From Azolla caroliniana (Eukaryota; Plantae; Polypodiophyta): 64,000 nucleotides of DNA. The position numbers were made by a program, and so were the translations under genes. The DNA lies in contig JBHGNT010000004.1 in the NCBI GenBank assembly GCA_043228905.1, positions 15,624,001 to 15,688,000 of the forward strand, given 5' to 3'. Below are positions 27,936 to 38,959 of this stretch, in pieces. The stretch's first letter is position 1, and every line of letters starts with the position of its first letter. A model generated the notes under the pieces. It was given only the letters and a program-made list of their open reading frames with translations. It ran no database searches and was not told where the DNA came from.

Positions 27936-28118
27936 ATCATTGGTTAATTAATGGCACCCATATTTAATATAGAACTTCTCAGTCATTGGTTCATTAATGG
28001 CACCATTTTAAATATAAGACTTTTCAATCATTGGTTCATTCATGGCCACATCTTTAATACAAAGCAATTAAGAGTCATAAAAAAGTTGATTTTAGTAATC
28101 AATCATTGGTTCATTCGT
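27936..28118 (+). repeat. Short repeats A(A/G)TCATTGGTT(C/A)ATT x4 in the divergent promoter region
   Basis: Copies at 27936, 27981, 28026 (45-bp period) and 28101. Confidence 0.8.
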
Positions 28119-28330
28119 GAACCTCTATCATTGTTTCCTTCATGACCTTCAAAGTCATTGTAAGTTATTTTGACTATAAAATATTCATCAATATGTTAGT
28201 ATGACTTTGTAATCATTAATGCAATCATAAGTTACTCAAGTTAGTGTGAATGTGGTTACTAACTAACTAACCTCACGCTTGCCAACCCTGGTTAAGCTGA
28301 CTGTGGTTACTTTAACCATTGTGGTCAATG

Positions 28331-28341
28331 CCTATAAATAG
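28331..28341 (+). promoter_or_regulatory. TATA box of the ParB-MTase gene
   Basis: CCTATAAATAG lies ~125 bp upstream of ATG 28458 (context CAACCATG). Confidence 0.6.
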
Positions 28342-28457
28342 GAAGACCTCGTCATATTTCATTCACACGAAACACAAGAGCACACAAAGCATACAGAGCA
28401 CACAAAGCACGTAGTACGATTGCGAGATCTCCACCTAATAATCGACAAATATCAACC

Positions 28458-31400
28458 ATGTCTTCAAAGAGAATCGAGCGCCAGGACTCCAGGTAAGCCT
28501 CTAACATTGTGGACATTTTTGTAAATATGTTTTAGCATCAGGAACTCGATACGCCGTATCGAGTTCCTGTATAAAACACAAACAATATACATGATCTCGA
28601 TACGACGTATCGAGTTCTTGTGTGAAGTTTAGGTTTTACGTATCAAGTTCCTGTATTATGTTTGCGTTTTATACAGGAACTCAATACGCCGTATCGAGTT
28701 CCTCTTTTTTGCTTGCGTTTTAAACAGGAACTCGATACGGCGTATCGAGTTCCTGTATAATATGTGTGTTTTATAAAGGAACTCGATATAGCATATAGAG
28801 TTCCTGTATTATGTTAGCGTTTTAAACAGGAACTCGATACGTCGTATCGAGTTCTTGTATAATGTTTGTGTTTTAAAAAGGAACTCAATATGCCATATCT
28901 AGTTCCTGTATAATATTTGTGTTTTATACAGGAACTCGATACGGCGTATCGAGTTCCTGTTTAAAACACAAACGTTATACAGGAACTCAATACGGCGCAT
29001 CGAGTTCCTATACACAGTTTATATTTTCCTATGTATAGTGTGCGTTTTAAATAGGAACTCGATACGCCGTATCGAGTTCCTGTGTTACGTAACTCTTTTA
29101 CAGAGGAATTCGATACAACGTATCAAGCTCCTAGATTATGTTTGTGTTTTATACATGAACTCGATACGGCGTATCGAGTCCCTGTATAAAACAAGAACTT
29201 GAAAGAGGAATATTGTGTCTTTTGGGCAACAACTTAGTATTGTGTGAAAAGATATCAAACTTTCTGTCAAAAGCAATCTTTTTTTAGGGTGATTTCCCTT
29301 ATTTTGTAAAAAATAGGGGCCTTAATTATAGAGGTTTTTTGACCTAGTATAGCTTAAAATAGTACAAAATAACCCACAAATTACCTTTATGATACCAAAT
29401 TCAAGTCTATCACATGCAAATTCTCTACAATATGGATATGGAATCAATGTAAGCCATACTTGCCCTTCAAGACAATATATATCCTTGTATACTTATTAAG
29501 ATATATATTTTCTAAGTTGAATAGCCCTTACTAGAATAGATTTCTGATTATAGGACTACCATGTACACTCAATGCATGATTGATATTTATAGTTTACCAC
29601 AAATTGCCTACTAGTTTATTTCTTCATCTAATTATTTGTATTTTAATATACAATCTTAATCTACGTGACCACCTAACTTATGTTTTTGCATGTCCTTTCT
29701 TAAATAGGTCGTTTGAGAACTTGTCGGACCGACCGATAAAGCTCCGCATACAGGGTTCTCGAATTGAAACACAGACCCTAATAGCTCCAGAGACCATGAA
29801 GAGAGGAAAAAAGTTTCTCTTCAACGAGGAGAAAAAATCTCAATCACACATTGAGGTTAGCCAGAAGAAAGTAGTAGCAGTTACTAGAGGTGAAGACCTT
29901 CCTGACCGTGATCTAACGGACAAGGAATGGTGTATGCAATACGTTGACACCAAGAAAAAAGTCGTATTGTATACAACAAAGAAGAAGGGCAAGGGGTAGC
30001 TTGAAAATGAAACCCCATTTATGTATGGCCGTATTCTACGATTTGACTACGAAGATGCAGATTCGGCCAACATACTTGTAATGATAGAGTGCTCTAAGGG
30101 GGTACGTAAAGTGTTCCTTTCTGAAGATCTTCTAGTAAAGGACTCTTGTGGGCCAGAAGCTTTCAAAAAGGATCTTGAAAGCTCACAAAACCTTATTGTT
30201 ACCATGAGGCCTTATATACAAGGCCATGTAACTCTAAGGGAGCCATTGCCCTCCCTAGTGAAGGCCACAAAAAGGACATCTAAAGTACAATCAAGACCAC
30301 CAAAATGTCGGACTCCGACTCATCAAGTGAAAACGAAGATGAGGACACTAAGGGGACGCCAGGAGCTGAGCTGGCATCGGGTGTGTTGTCATTCGAGTAG
30401 AATAAGATAAGCAGACAGTTAATGCAGCGTAAATTGGTCAGGAAAGGGCAAGTGTTTAATTTGCCTATAACACACATCCATCGACCCCCTATTGATGAAA
30501 AAACAGGATGAAGACCACTGGAGATTAGAGAGCCACACCGCATGCATATTCAAAATCTCAAGAAAAAATCGAAAATTAATCCTCATGCCATTGTGGTGCC
30601 TTTTATTGTTATGGTGGATCCTGAAGAATGTGAAACCATTGAAGATTTTGATATAAGAAAGCATGATCAATATAATTACTTTGTCATTGTGGGTTGCATT
30701 CAGCGGAGGCACGTCGGCAACTTGTGAGAGAACATCCAACGACTTTCTTCTTCAAGTATGCCGAGTGCAAAATTTACGTGGGTCTCACAACTGAAGAGGC
30801 AAAGCTATTGGCATGGGACCACAATAATGATAATGACTATAGGCAGAAAATGTCATCGATTGAGCGTATACGGTTCTTCCAACTCTAGTATTTGGATGTC
30901 AAACAAAAGTTTGGTATGAAGCTACATCCAGGCCTACAACGTCAATGCTTGCATGAAGTCGGCATTGTGGTAGATGATAATGTTAAGTCCGATGGTCTTC
31001 GAAAGTATGAGTCTTGGTTTCAACTGGCCTTTAGAGATGGAGAAGTATGGGACCTATAGGATCAAATCTTCTCAATGTGGAAGAATAAGGAGGTGAAGGG
31101 TCAACGACAAAAAAAAATTAAGGTTGACCCTCAACTAGAATTAAAGTCGCAAGCGGCCAAGAAAATTGACTTGACAATTGAAGAAGCGGCTGACGACATG
31201 AAGCTGTCTCTGTGGAGAGCGATGCAAGGTATTAAGGACGAGCAACTTCTTGTGTCTGTTTTGTCACGGGTTGTGGCCAAAGATTTAAGCCTTGAAGAAA
31301 TGGTCACTGAGTTCAATAAGTAAGTCTTTTAAATACTGATATTGAAGTCTATATGGTGCAATTCAAAGTTCTAATCTCGTTTTCTAATTTCACAGTCATA

Positions 31401-32909
31401 AGGTGTACATGAAGATCCAAGAAGTTATGATGAAACAACTTGGATGTATAACTTGGGAACAAGTGACCGAGGATTATCCTCTAACGTCTTCATATAAGGC
31501 GTTATCAGAGTATTTTATTGCATTCAAGGATTGGGTTAGTATTGGTGGTTTTTCATTATGCTTTCATCATATGTAGAGCTTGTATAATAAAACTTGATGT
31601 CCTGTTGCTTCTATTAGAAACCGTGTTGTGGGAAGAAACAAGGAGAAGTTAAGGATATACACGATTTCCCAACATCCTTCCTTGCACATCTTGAGAGAGC
31701 CAGAAAAGAAAAGGATCGTCGCTTAGCCAAGGCGTACGAAATGGAGGAAGATGGCTCCTTTAAAAAATTTAGCCACAAAAAAGATATTACGAGAGATCTT
31801 TACTACAATGTGGTTTGCGGCGATGTCGTTGACATGATCCAAAAGGTGCCAAAGAAGGAATATACGCTAATGATTGCGGATATTCCTTACGGATTTCGAA
31901 TGGCTGGGTCATCATACGACAATGAACCGTTTAGGTTTAAATAGTTGGAGAAGATGGTCAAGGATTTTGCTGAGCTAACAACTGCATCCTTCTGGAGAAT
32001 AGTTGTCTTTCATAGTATGGACCAAGGGCACTCGGTAGCTCAAGCTTTGAGATCTCGTTGCCATGGCATCGAGAACCTTGCATGGTAAGGATTATTTATA
32101 GGTCTCATTCATTATATTGCATTTCTTAAGATTGTTCAATCTATTCTTAACTCAATGTATTTTTTTTTATAGGATAAAAACCAATGTAAATAGAGGGCCA
32201 ACCTTTCGGTTCGTTAATGCCATTGAATACATCACGGTTGGCTATTTCGATGAAATTAAGAAACAAAGAATCAAGGAGCATTCTAATGAAGTGGGAGGTT
32301 CAAATCTGCTGGTATATCCAGCAATGACAGGGAAATTGCGACATGTCACCACGACAGAATGGGAATTTGTCAACCCATACCAAAAACCTCAACAACTTAT
32401 GATGCGCTTGATCGAGATGTTTTCTATCGAAGGAGACTGGATATTAGATCTCTTTTCTGGCACAGGTATTCCTCGAACTAGGGTAACGATCTTGAGATAA
32501 ACAATACCAAATCTTTTTTGTTTGAGAACTAATTCTTCTTGTTACTTTCTTCACAGGAACGGCGTCTCCATGTGCATTGAAGCTCTTTAGAAACACAGTT
32601 GCATTGGAGAAGGACGAAGAGCAGGTTATATTTATAAACATGAGGATTAAGGCTTTGTGGGAGTGCCCAGACCAGGATGAGGAGGTCGATGCAAAGAACC
32701 TTGCTGATACAGAAAGGTTTCAACCTGCTTCGTGAGAGCCTATTCCGCCGTTAGCCGGGGAACTGGGGGAGCTAATAGAGCTTGATGATGAGCTTATAGA
32801 AGATATTTCGTTGGCTCGGCTAACAGGGGAAGCCAATGCACGTATAGCCGAAGAGACTTCTACACAGGATGATGAAGAAAATGACATTGATGAATTGATT
32901 GCTATGTAA
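28458..32909 (+). pseudogene. ParB/Srx-like domain fused to a beta-class N6-adenine/N4-cytosine DNA methyltransferase; 6 exons, degenerate
   Basis: Exons 28458-28492, 29708-31319, 31396-31534, 31618-32084, 32173-32465, 32557-32909, with phase-compatible GT-AG introns. ParB-like: YFVIVG..HSAEARRQL...CKIYVGLTTEEAKLLAWDHN. MTase: VVCGDVVDMI..LMIADIPYG (motif IV-like), NPYQKPQQLMMRLIEMFSIEGDWILDLFSGTG/TAS..ALK..RNTVALEKD (motifs X, I, II). Confidence 0.85.
28540..29183. repeat. Array of 13 copies of a 29-bp palindrome at a 51-bp period in intron 1
   Basis: AGGAACTCGATACG-N-CGTATCGAGTTCCT at 28540, 28591, half-site ~28638, 28675, 28726, 28777, 28828, 28879, 28930, 28981, 29053, 29104, 29155. Confidence 0.95.
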
Positions 32910-33357
32910 TAAACTCTATGAAGAAAATGACCTTGACAATATGTTTGGATTTCACATTATGAATACAAATTTTGGGTTTTACTTGGTGGATTCTATTCTT
33001 TATAATCTTCTATATGTTTGTTTCTATTCCATTGCTGCTTAGATTGTGTAGTGTGTTGATAATGGTTCCACTAGCGTTATCCGCATGTTTTTATACACTT
33101 GTAGTTCCACTAGTGTTATCGTTCGGAGTTTGATCCTGTATGAATCACCTAAGCAATAGAGTAGATCAATTTTTAATACAAGTATGAAAGCCTTAATAGG
33201 TTTGTTATTTCCACCACATTATCTAAAGTTCACTGTCTTACACTGTCCACAATTATATACATATGGTTTGATCCCATACGAACAAACTGAGGAATAGATT
33301 AGATCAACTTTAAATACAAGTATTGAATACTTTAATAAGTTAGTTATTCCAATCACG

Positions 33358-33891
33358 TCGGAGACCAGGCAGGCAAGGAACAAGAATTGGAGGAAGAGGC
33401 ACCACTTGACACCTTCGAGCGGAGTTTGCTCGATATTTTGGAGGAAGACTGAGGCCGGGAGTGGGTTCGAAGTGCAAGGCACTTTCCCACGGGCGTACCA
33501 TGTGTTGGCCGGTCAGAAGAGCAAGGACAAGTGGGAAGGCGGAGTCGGATCGGATAATAGGAAGTAAATAATAGTATATTTATTATTCGGAGGGACAGAT
33601 CCGGTACAGTTGTACCGATCCGGATCCGGACCGATTCGGATGCCGATTGCCTAAGCGCACCGATTGTAACCTTGCCGGATGCCTATAAAAGGATCCGATG
33701 ATTTGTAAATGCTTTACGGAAGTAATACAATTATACTTATTGCGTGTTTATCTTTGTATTTGTATTGTTTTACCGTCTGTGCTTAGTGTAATCATCTTAC
33801 GCGTGTAACCTAGCATACAATCCTTACCACCCCTTTGGAGAAGTGTCGGATAGACACCTGTGTTGAGGCTAGTCCGGCCAGGCATACAACA
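33358..33891 (+). mobile_element. 5'-truncated LTR fragment of another retroelement
   Basis: GC-rich U3-like repeats, CCTATAAAAGG near 33682, and an end at ...GGCATACAACA where the neighbouring gag ORF is cut. Confidence 0.5.
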
Positions 33892-36800
33892 TCTACGAAG
33901 CCCGTTTTCTCTTCGACCGGATCGTCCCATCCGGTGACCTCCTGGACCCGCTGTTCTGCGCGGTCCGCCTCTTCCTTCTTCAGCCGAACTCCGGAGAAGC
34001 CTTCTAGCACTAGCGGCCAGAATCTGGAGTCCTTCACCTTTCGGGACTCGTCACCCCTGACCCGAATTCCCGCCGACATTGAGTAGGCAACGGCTTCTAC
34101 ATGCCGTGCCGCGGCGTCTTCCATCAACCTCTTCATTCCGCCGCGGCTCGTATTCAATTCTAGGGCTCTCCGGGTCTTGCTCGCGTGCACTCGCCCGTTC
34201 CAGAGGTACACCACGTTGGCCCTGAGTTCGTCGGCGAAATCCGTGCAATCCTTCCGAATGTGACCGATCGCGTCACACAAAGGGAGTTGCTGCCCAGCCG
34301 GCGACCTCCGGTCGCGAGGTTGTTCGCCGCTGTCTCTCCGGGCTTGTGCGATCTGCAGGTCGCGCACCATCTGTGTCAGCTCCTCCAGAGCCACTCCTCC
34401 GGATGGGCCTCTGACCACGTCCTTTGATGCGGACCCCGACTCTAGCCAGATTTGGGTCTCTTCCTTCCTATCGGCCGGCATTGATACCGGCTCCTCGAGC
34501 CTCCTCGCCGGGACCGGCCCTGACCCCAACGAGCCTCCGTCGCTCCAATCGCACCGTTTGTCGAAACGGCTGCAGACCCGTTTTACCACGGCCCAGTCTT
34601 CCGTGAGCCCTTCGTCTGTTTCCAATAGGGGACCCACCTTTTCCCTGTCGAGCACGTCTACCGACTTGACAAACAGTAGTACTCGACTCGTTTCGAGCAC
34701 CATCCGGTCCAGCGTCGACAACCGTGCAAACCATCTTTCGAACTCCTGGAGGAGCACCGACGTGTTCCTCCCTTTTCCGGGGCTTTCCACCCACGCCATG
34801 AAGTCCCACCTTGATAGCTAAAGCGAGTCGTCAAACCCGTACTTCTCGAGGAGCTGCAACTTGAACTCCTCCCAGGTCTGGCATCCGGCTAGCACCTCGA
34901 GCACCTCCGCGTGGATGCCCGGCGTCACCACCCGAGGGAATCCGGACAGCCGCCTGTCCACCGGGATATCCCTCATGATCATTACGGCCCAGTAAGCCTC
35001 CAAATAACTTGTGGCGTCTTTCCCTCTGAACCGGCCTATAGAGCCGACGATCGATTCAATGGCTCTATCGAGGGTACCCGTCCCCTCACGAGCGCTTACC
35101 AGCTGGTCGACGGCTACCACCATTGCCTCTGCTAGCTCCGAACCCCTCATCTTTCGACTCCTTTGCCGCCCATTCACGTCGGGTTCACCAAATATGTCGC
35201 GATGTTACGCGTGTGCGCATAGAAGGGGCAGGACCACAGGGGGTCTTGGACCGAGAAGTGAGAGAGAGATAGATAGATAGATAGATTATATTATCGTCTT
35301 CGGAGGTCAAATATGACCTATGAGACCAAAAATATTACATTTCACGTGATATGTGTGAAAGTGAGTAGTGACTCTCGATGTTCAAGAACTTTACCAATGA
35401 ATGTTGCAATCGAGAGTGCACATTGTGGTTGTGAGAGGAATTCATGCAAAGATTGGGCTCGATCGAAGAGATGTGTAAAGCATGGTCGAATATGATCAAA
35501 GGCAGAGCATTGTATCAAAGTGTGATACTCAAACTCGCGAACTTGTTTAGGGCAAAGTGCGCATAGCCGACCACTCTCATCACTTGTACCCCAACGCCCT
35601 GTTTCACATCGCAATGCATGTGAGCTAAGTCGCATGGAAGCAATGGTTCAAATGGAAGATAACGGTATGGGCTCTAACATGTATGGATGTGTACGATTTC
35701 CCCGTTCCGCGAAGAATATGGTTTTGTAGTTAGGTGCAACATGTGTAGTATAATGTGTGAAGCGTGAGCCTCCACATTTGTCCCATGTCATGATACATTG
35801 GCGTTGCAAAAATGCCTCATTTACAGAGGAATCTAATGATGCATTATGAAGCAAGTGTCTCGCATCCCATCTACCAAACCATTTTTCTATATCTTACATC
35901 CAACCGGAACACAAAATTTTGCTTTTATGCGTCTTTTGGATCTTTTTGCTTGTTTCCCACGCAATTCTAGGAAGTCAATGTGAGGGACTTTTTTGAACCT
36001 TAAGCATGTATTCAACAACCCTTTCCATGGCCATGATCTCAATGGGAAGCGATCCCGTCTCAAGGAGGAGGAGGGTGTAGGGCGTTTGTTTCTTAACTTA
36101 TAGAAACTTGATAAGAAAATGCTTTTGGACATTTTCAAACTCTTTCCACATAGATTTAGGGATGCTACCGCCCCATACTTCCACCCCATAGAGAAGAACC
36201 GGTGTCACCAAAGTGTCGAAAAGATATTTCTTGAGGACCCAACACTTAATATCTCCAAGATTGCATGTGTTCTCAAATGCATAGTATGCTCGCTTGCCCG
36301 CCTCTAAGCGGCGTGTAGCACATTCATTCCATCTATGATTTGAAGGAACTTCAAGGCCAAGATATTTGAAGCTTTCCACACATTCAAGTGGCTCATTGTT
36401 GTACATAATGCATGGTTTATCTCTTTTTTGGCTCTTCACAAGCATAATCTTTGTTTTAGAGCTATTGACACTTAATTTAGTATGCATGCAAATTTTTTCC
36501 AATGCCTTCATAAGCTTTTGTGCATCTCCTAAAGTATTTGCAAAAAGCACTACATCATCTGCATATAGCAAAAGCATAATCACAACATTCCCAATGGCAA
36601 CTTCTTCAACACATTCTTCCTTTGCAAACTTGGTAACCATTTCTTCCAATTCATCAATGCATAGACCAAATAGTGTTGGTGAGAGTGGGCATCCTTGCTT
36701 AACACCAATAGTGCTTTTGAAAAAATCTGAAAGTTTATCTCTCATGCACACACAACATATAACCTTCTCATAAATTCGGGAAATTGCAAGCATATATTCA

Positions 36801-37458
36801 CTTGGCACCTCAAGTTCTTCCATTCGCCTCCAAAGATGCTCACGAGGTACCATATCAAAAGCTTTCTTGAAGTCTACAAAGCAACAATATAAACCTTTAC
36901 CTCTAAGGCGACTTTCCTCCGTTAATACTCGAAGGGTGACAAGGTGATCAATGGTGCTATGGTGTTTCCGAAAGCCAGCTTGTCCATAAGCTCTCTTACC
37001 ACTTTTTTCAGCGCATACACTTATCTTTGATTCCATTATACATCCAAATAGTTTTGCCATTAATAAGCCAACCATGATGGTTCGATAGTTGTTTACATTA
37101 TTTATATCTCCACCTTTATGTAAAGGTTTGATCCAATTTGTAGTCCAATCGTACGGCATACCATGTTGCAATGCATCATTAAACATATCGTTTATCCATA
37201 TATGTGCTTCCTTTCCCGTCCATTTGAGCATTTCAGCCTTTATACATTGAAGATCGCTTGCCTTTCGAGAGGCCAATTACTTAAGTCCTATGCATATATC
37301 TTCAATTGTAAAGAAGGGAGGCATATGTGAAAGAGAACCATAACACATCATCTTTCCGGCAAGAGATAACTCATATAAATTCTTACAATGCATAGACAAG
37401 TCGTGAAGAGTTAAGTCACCATAACTCTCAACACGTTTTCCCTTTAGGGTTTAGGGTT

Positions 37459-37490
<32 letters not shown>

Positions 37491-37893
37491 CACAGACACA
37501 CAGAAGCGAGAAGGAGAGATATAGAACGGAACAGTTAATTACAATAACAAGAGATTACAAACTCTGACGGTTACAACCAGCAAGGCGGTGATGGGCCCGA
37601 CACGGGGACCCTACTCATGCACACAAACGAAATACACTAGACCCAGAGAAACACGGAAGGAAAAGCCTTTGCTGGCAGCGCACGGGCTACCCACGAAGCA
37701 GAGGCGTCGAACTCCCCCCGCACCCACAGAGAATGACGGTCGGAGGAGAGAGAGTTCGGCTCTCGGTCCTGCAGCACTTCGTCCTCCTTAACGCGCGATC
37801 CCCTGTCTTCCTTCTCTCCTCTCCTTAAATAGTTCCCAAAAAGGGGTGCCCCTTTCCCTAGTCAAATCGCTATATTCCTTGTCCCTTCTGACA
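33892..37893 (-). mobile_element. Truncated tRNA-Trp-primed gypsy-like element (5' LTR plus gag); LTR interrupted by a LINE
   Basis: PBS (plus strand TTCACGTCGGGTTCACCA) at 35173-35190 next to the LTR end at ~35195; LTR start near 37893. Gag ORFs 34818-35177 (GRFRGKDATSYLEAY) and 33810-34799 (degenerate knuckle LCDAIGHIRKDC) resemble the gag at 14066. Confidence 0.75.
35290..37445 (-). mobile_element. 5'-truncated LINE (RT plus C-terminal zinc finger)
   Basis: ORF 36098-37276 has NYRTI, QAGFR, FVDFKKAFD, GVKQGCPLSPTLF, LLYADD and FKYLG. C-terminal CALCP..EFEYHTLIQC. Inserted into a (GA)n/(GATA)n tract. Confidence 0.92.
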
Positions 37894-37989
37894 GAGATAC
37901 GCACAATCCCTCCTAATATATGTGCACTACTTAGTATTTACATCAGTTGATATATTTATGAATCAATATAAAAATATCAATTCATGCGT

Positions 37990-38800
37990 CCATCTGTGTA
38001 AGAGCCGGTTCATGTGCCTTTTTGCTCGAATCCGCCTATGGCCGGTTTTCTTCACGACAACGCGGATTTCTTCATATGCATCACCTCTGAGGTCGTGGCA
38101 TCGATCTTGTCCGGTCTTTTGTCTCCAAACTGTACCAACAGCCAGAGATCTTTAATCACCAACATGTCCCTCATCTTCGACTTCCACACTAGGTAGTTGG
38201 AGTTGGTGAGATTGAACATGCCGCCGAATGGATCTTCCATGCTCTAATATTAGATTGTGCGGAATTGAGCTCGGCCACAACCGAGTCTCAATCACTCAAT
38301 GTATGAAATGAGAAATGAAACGATAGATTGAATGCACTTACACAATTAAGACAACACGACATAAGATGTTAACGTGGAAAACCCTAATCGGGAAAAACCA
38401 CGAGCGCCCACAGACTCCAACTATCAATACGAGAGGAAGGGTACAACAAGAGACTCGGAGGCAACGACCTCGAACTCTATCTTTGCCAACCAGTGGTTAC
38501 AACAGAGAACTTGTTGTGTCTCTCTTGCTCTCTCTTTCTCTCTCTGTACAACAAGAATGATAACAACAACCTTATGAACATTGTTTCCCTAGTTATTATT
38601 TATACTCATATAACTTTAGGAATATTTACAAATATGACCTGACACAGTCACATCGGAACATACACATAAACTAATGTCTAGTCGGATACCAACTGGATCC
38701 ATCCGGTCCGGTTCTTTCTTTTGGCTCGTCCGATCTGGCTTGTTCGATTCTCATCTGGATCCCATCCGGAGGGACCGAATTCCCAACAGAAACGACACAG
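37990..38800 (-). mobile_element. Copia 5' LTR and gag start fragment (minus strand)
   Basis: MEDPFGGMFNLTNSNYLVWKSKMRDML (38052-38240), a decayed Met PBS near 38242-38252, and the LTR motif ACGTGGAAAACCC at ~38372. Confidence 0.65.
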
Positions 38801-38959
38801 TTGGCTGTTTGGAGACATCCAGTCAGCATAGCCGAATCCGAGTTGGTCGACTCGAAGCAACCCATAAATACAGATGAGTCAGAGTTAGCCGACCTGTTGA
38901 AGCCGATTGAAGAATACGAGTCGGAATCGGCCAACCCTGAGAAACCGATTGAGAGGTAT

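Larger units (their letters stand above)
20222..33356. mobile_element. Putative two-gene DNA transposon (DUF7869/Sola-like transposase plus ParB-DNA methyltransferase); termini not resolved
   Basis: AT-rich block between unrelated retroelement fragments carrying two divergent, similarly decayed genes and a palindrome array. A ~138-bp subterminal direct repeat lies at ~33128-33356. No clear TIR or TSD is visible. Confidence 0.65.

Noticed and set aside
28540-29183. CRISPR array (palindromic 29-bp repeats with regular spacers)
   Set aside because: The spacers are homologous to each other (one 22-mer in two orientations), there are no cas genes, and the array lies in a spliceosomal intron.
28458-32909. 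Bacterial contamination or an intact restriction-modification gene
   Set aside because: It has five phase-compatible GT-AG introns and a TATA box, and is embedded among plant retroelements.
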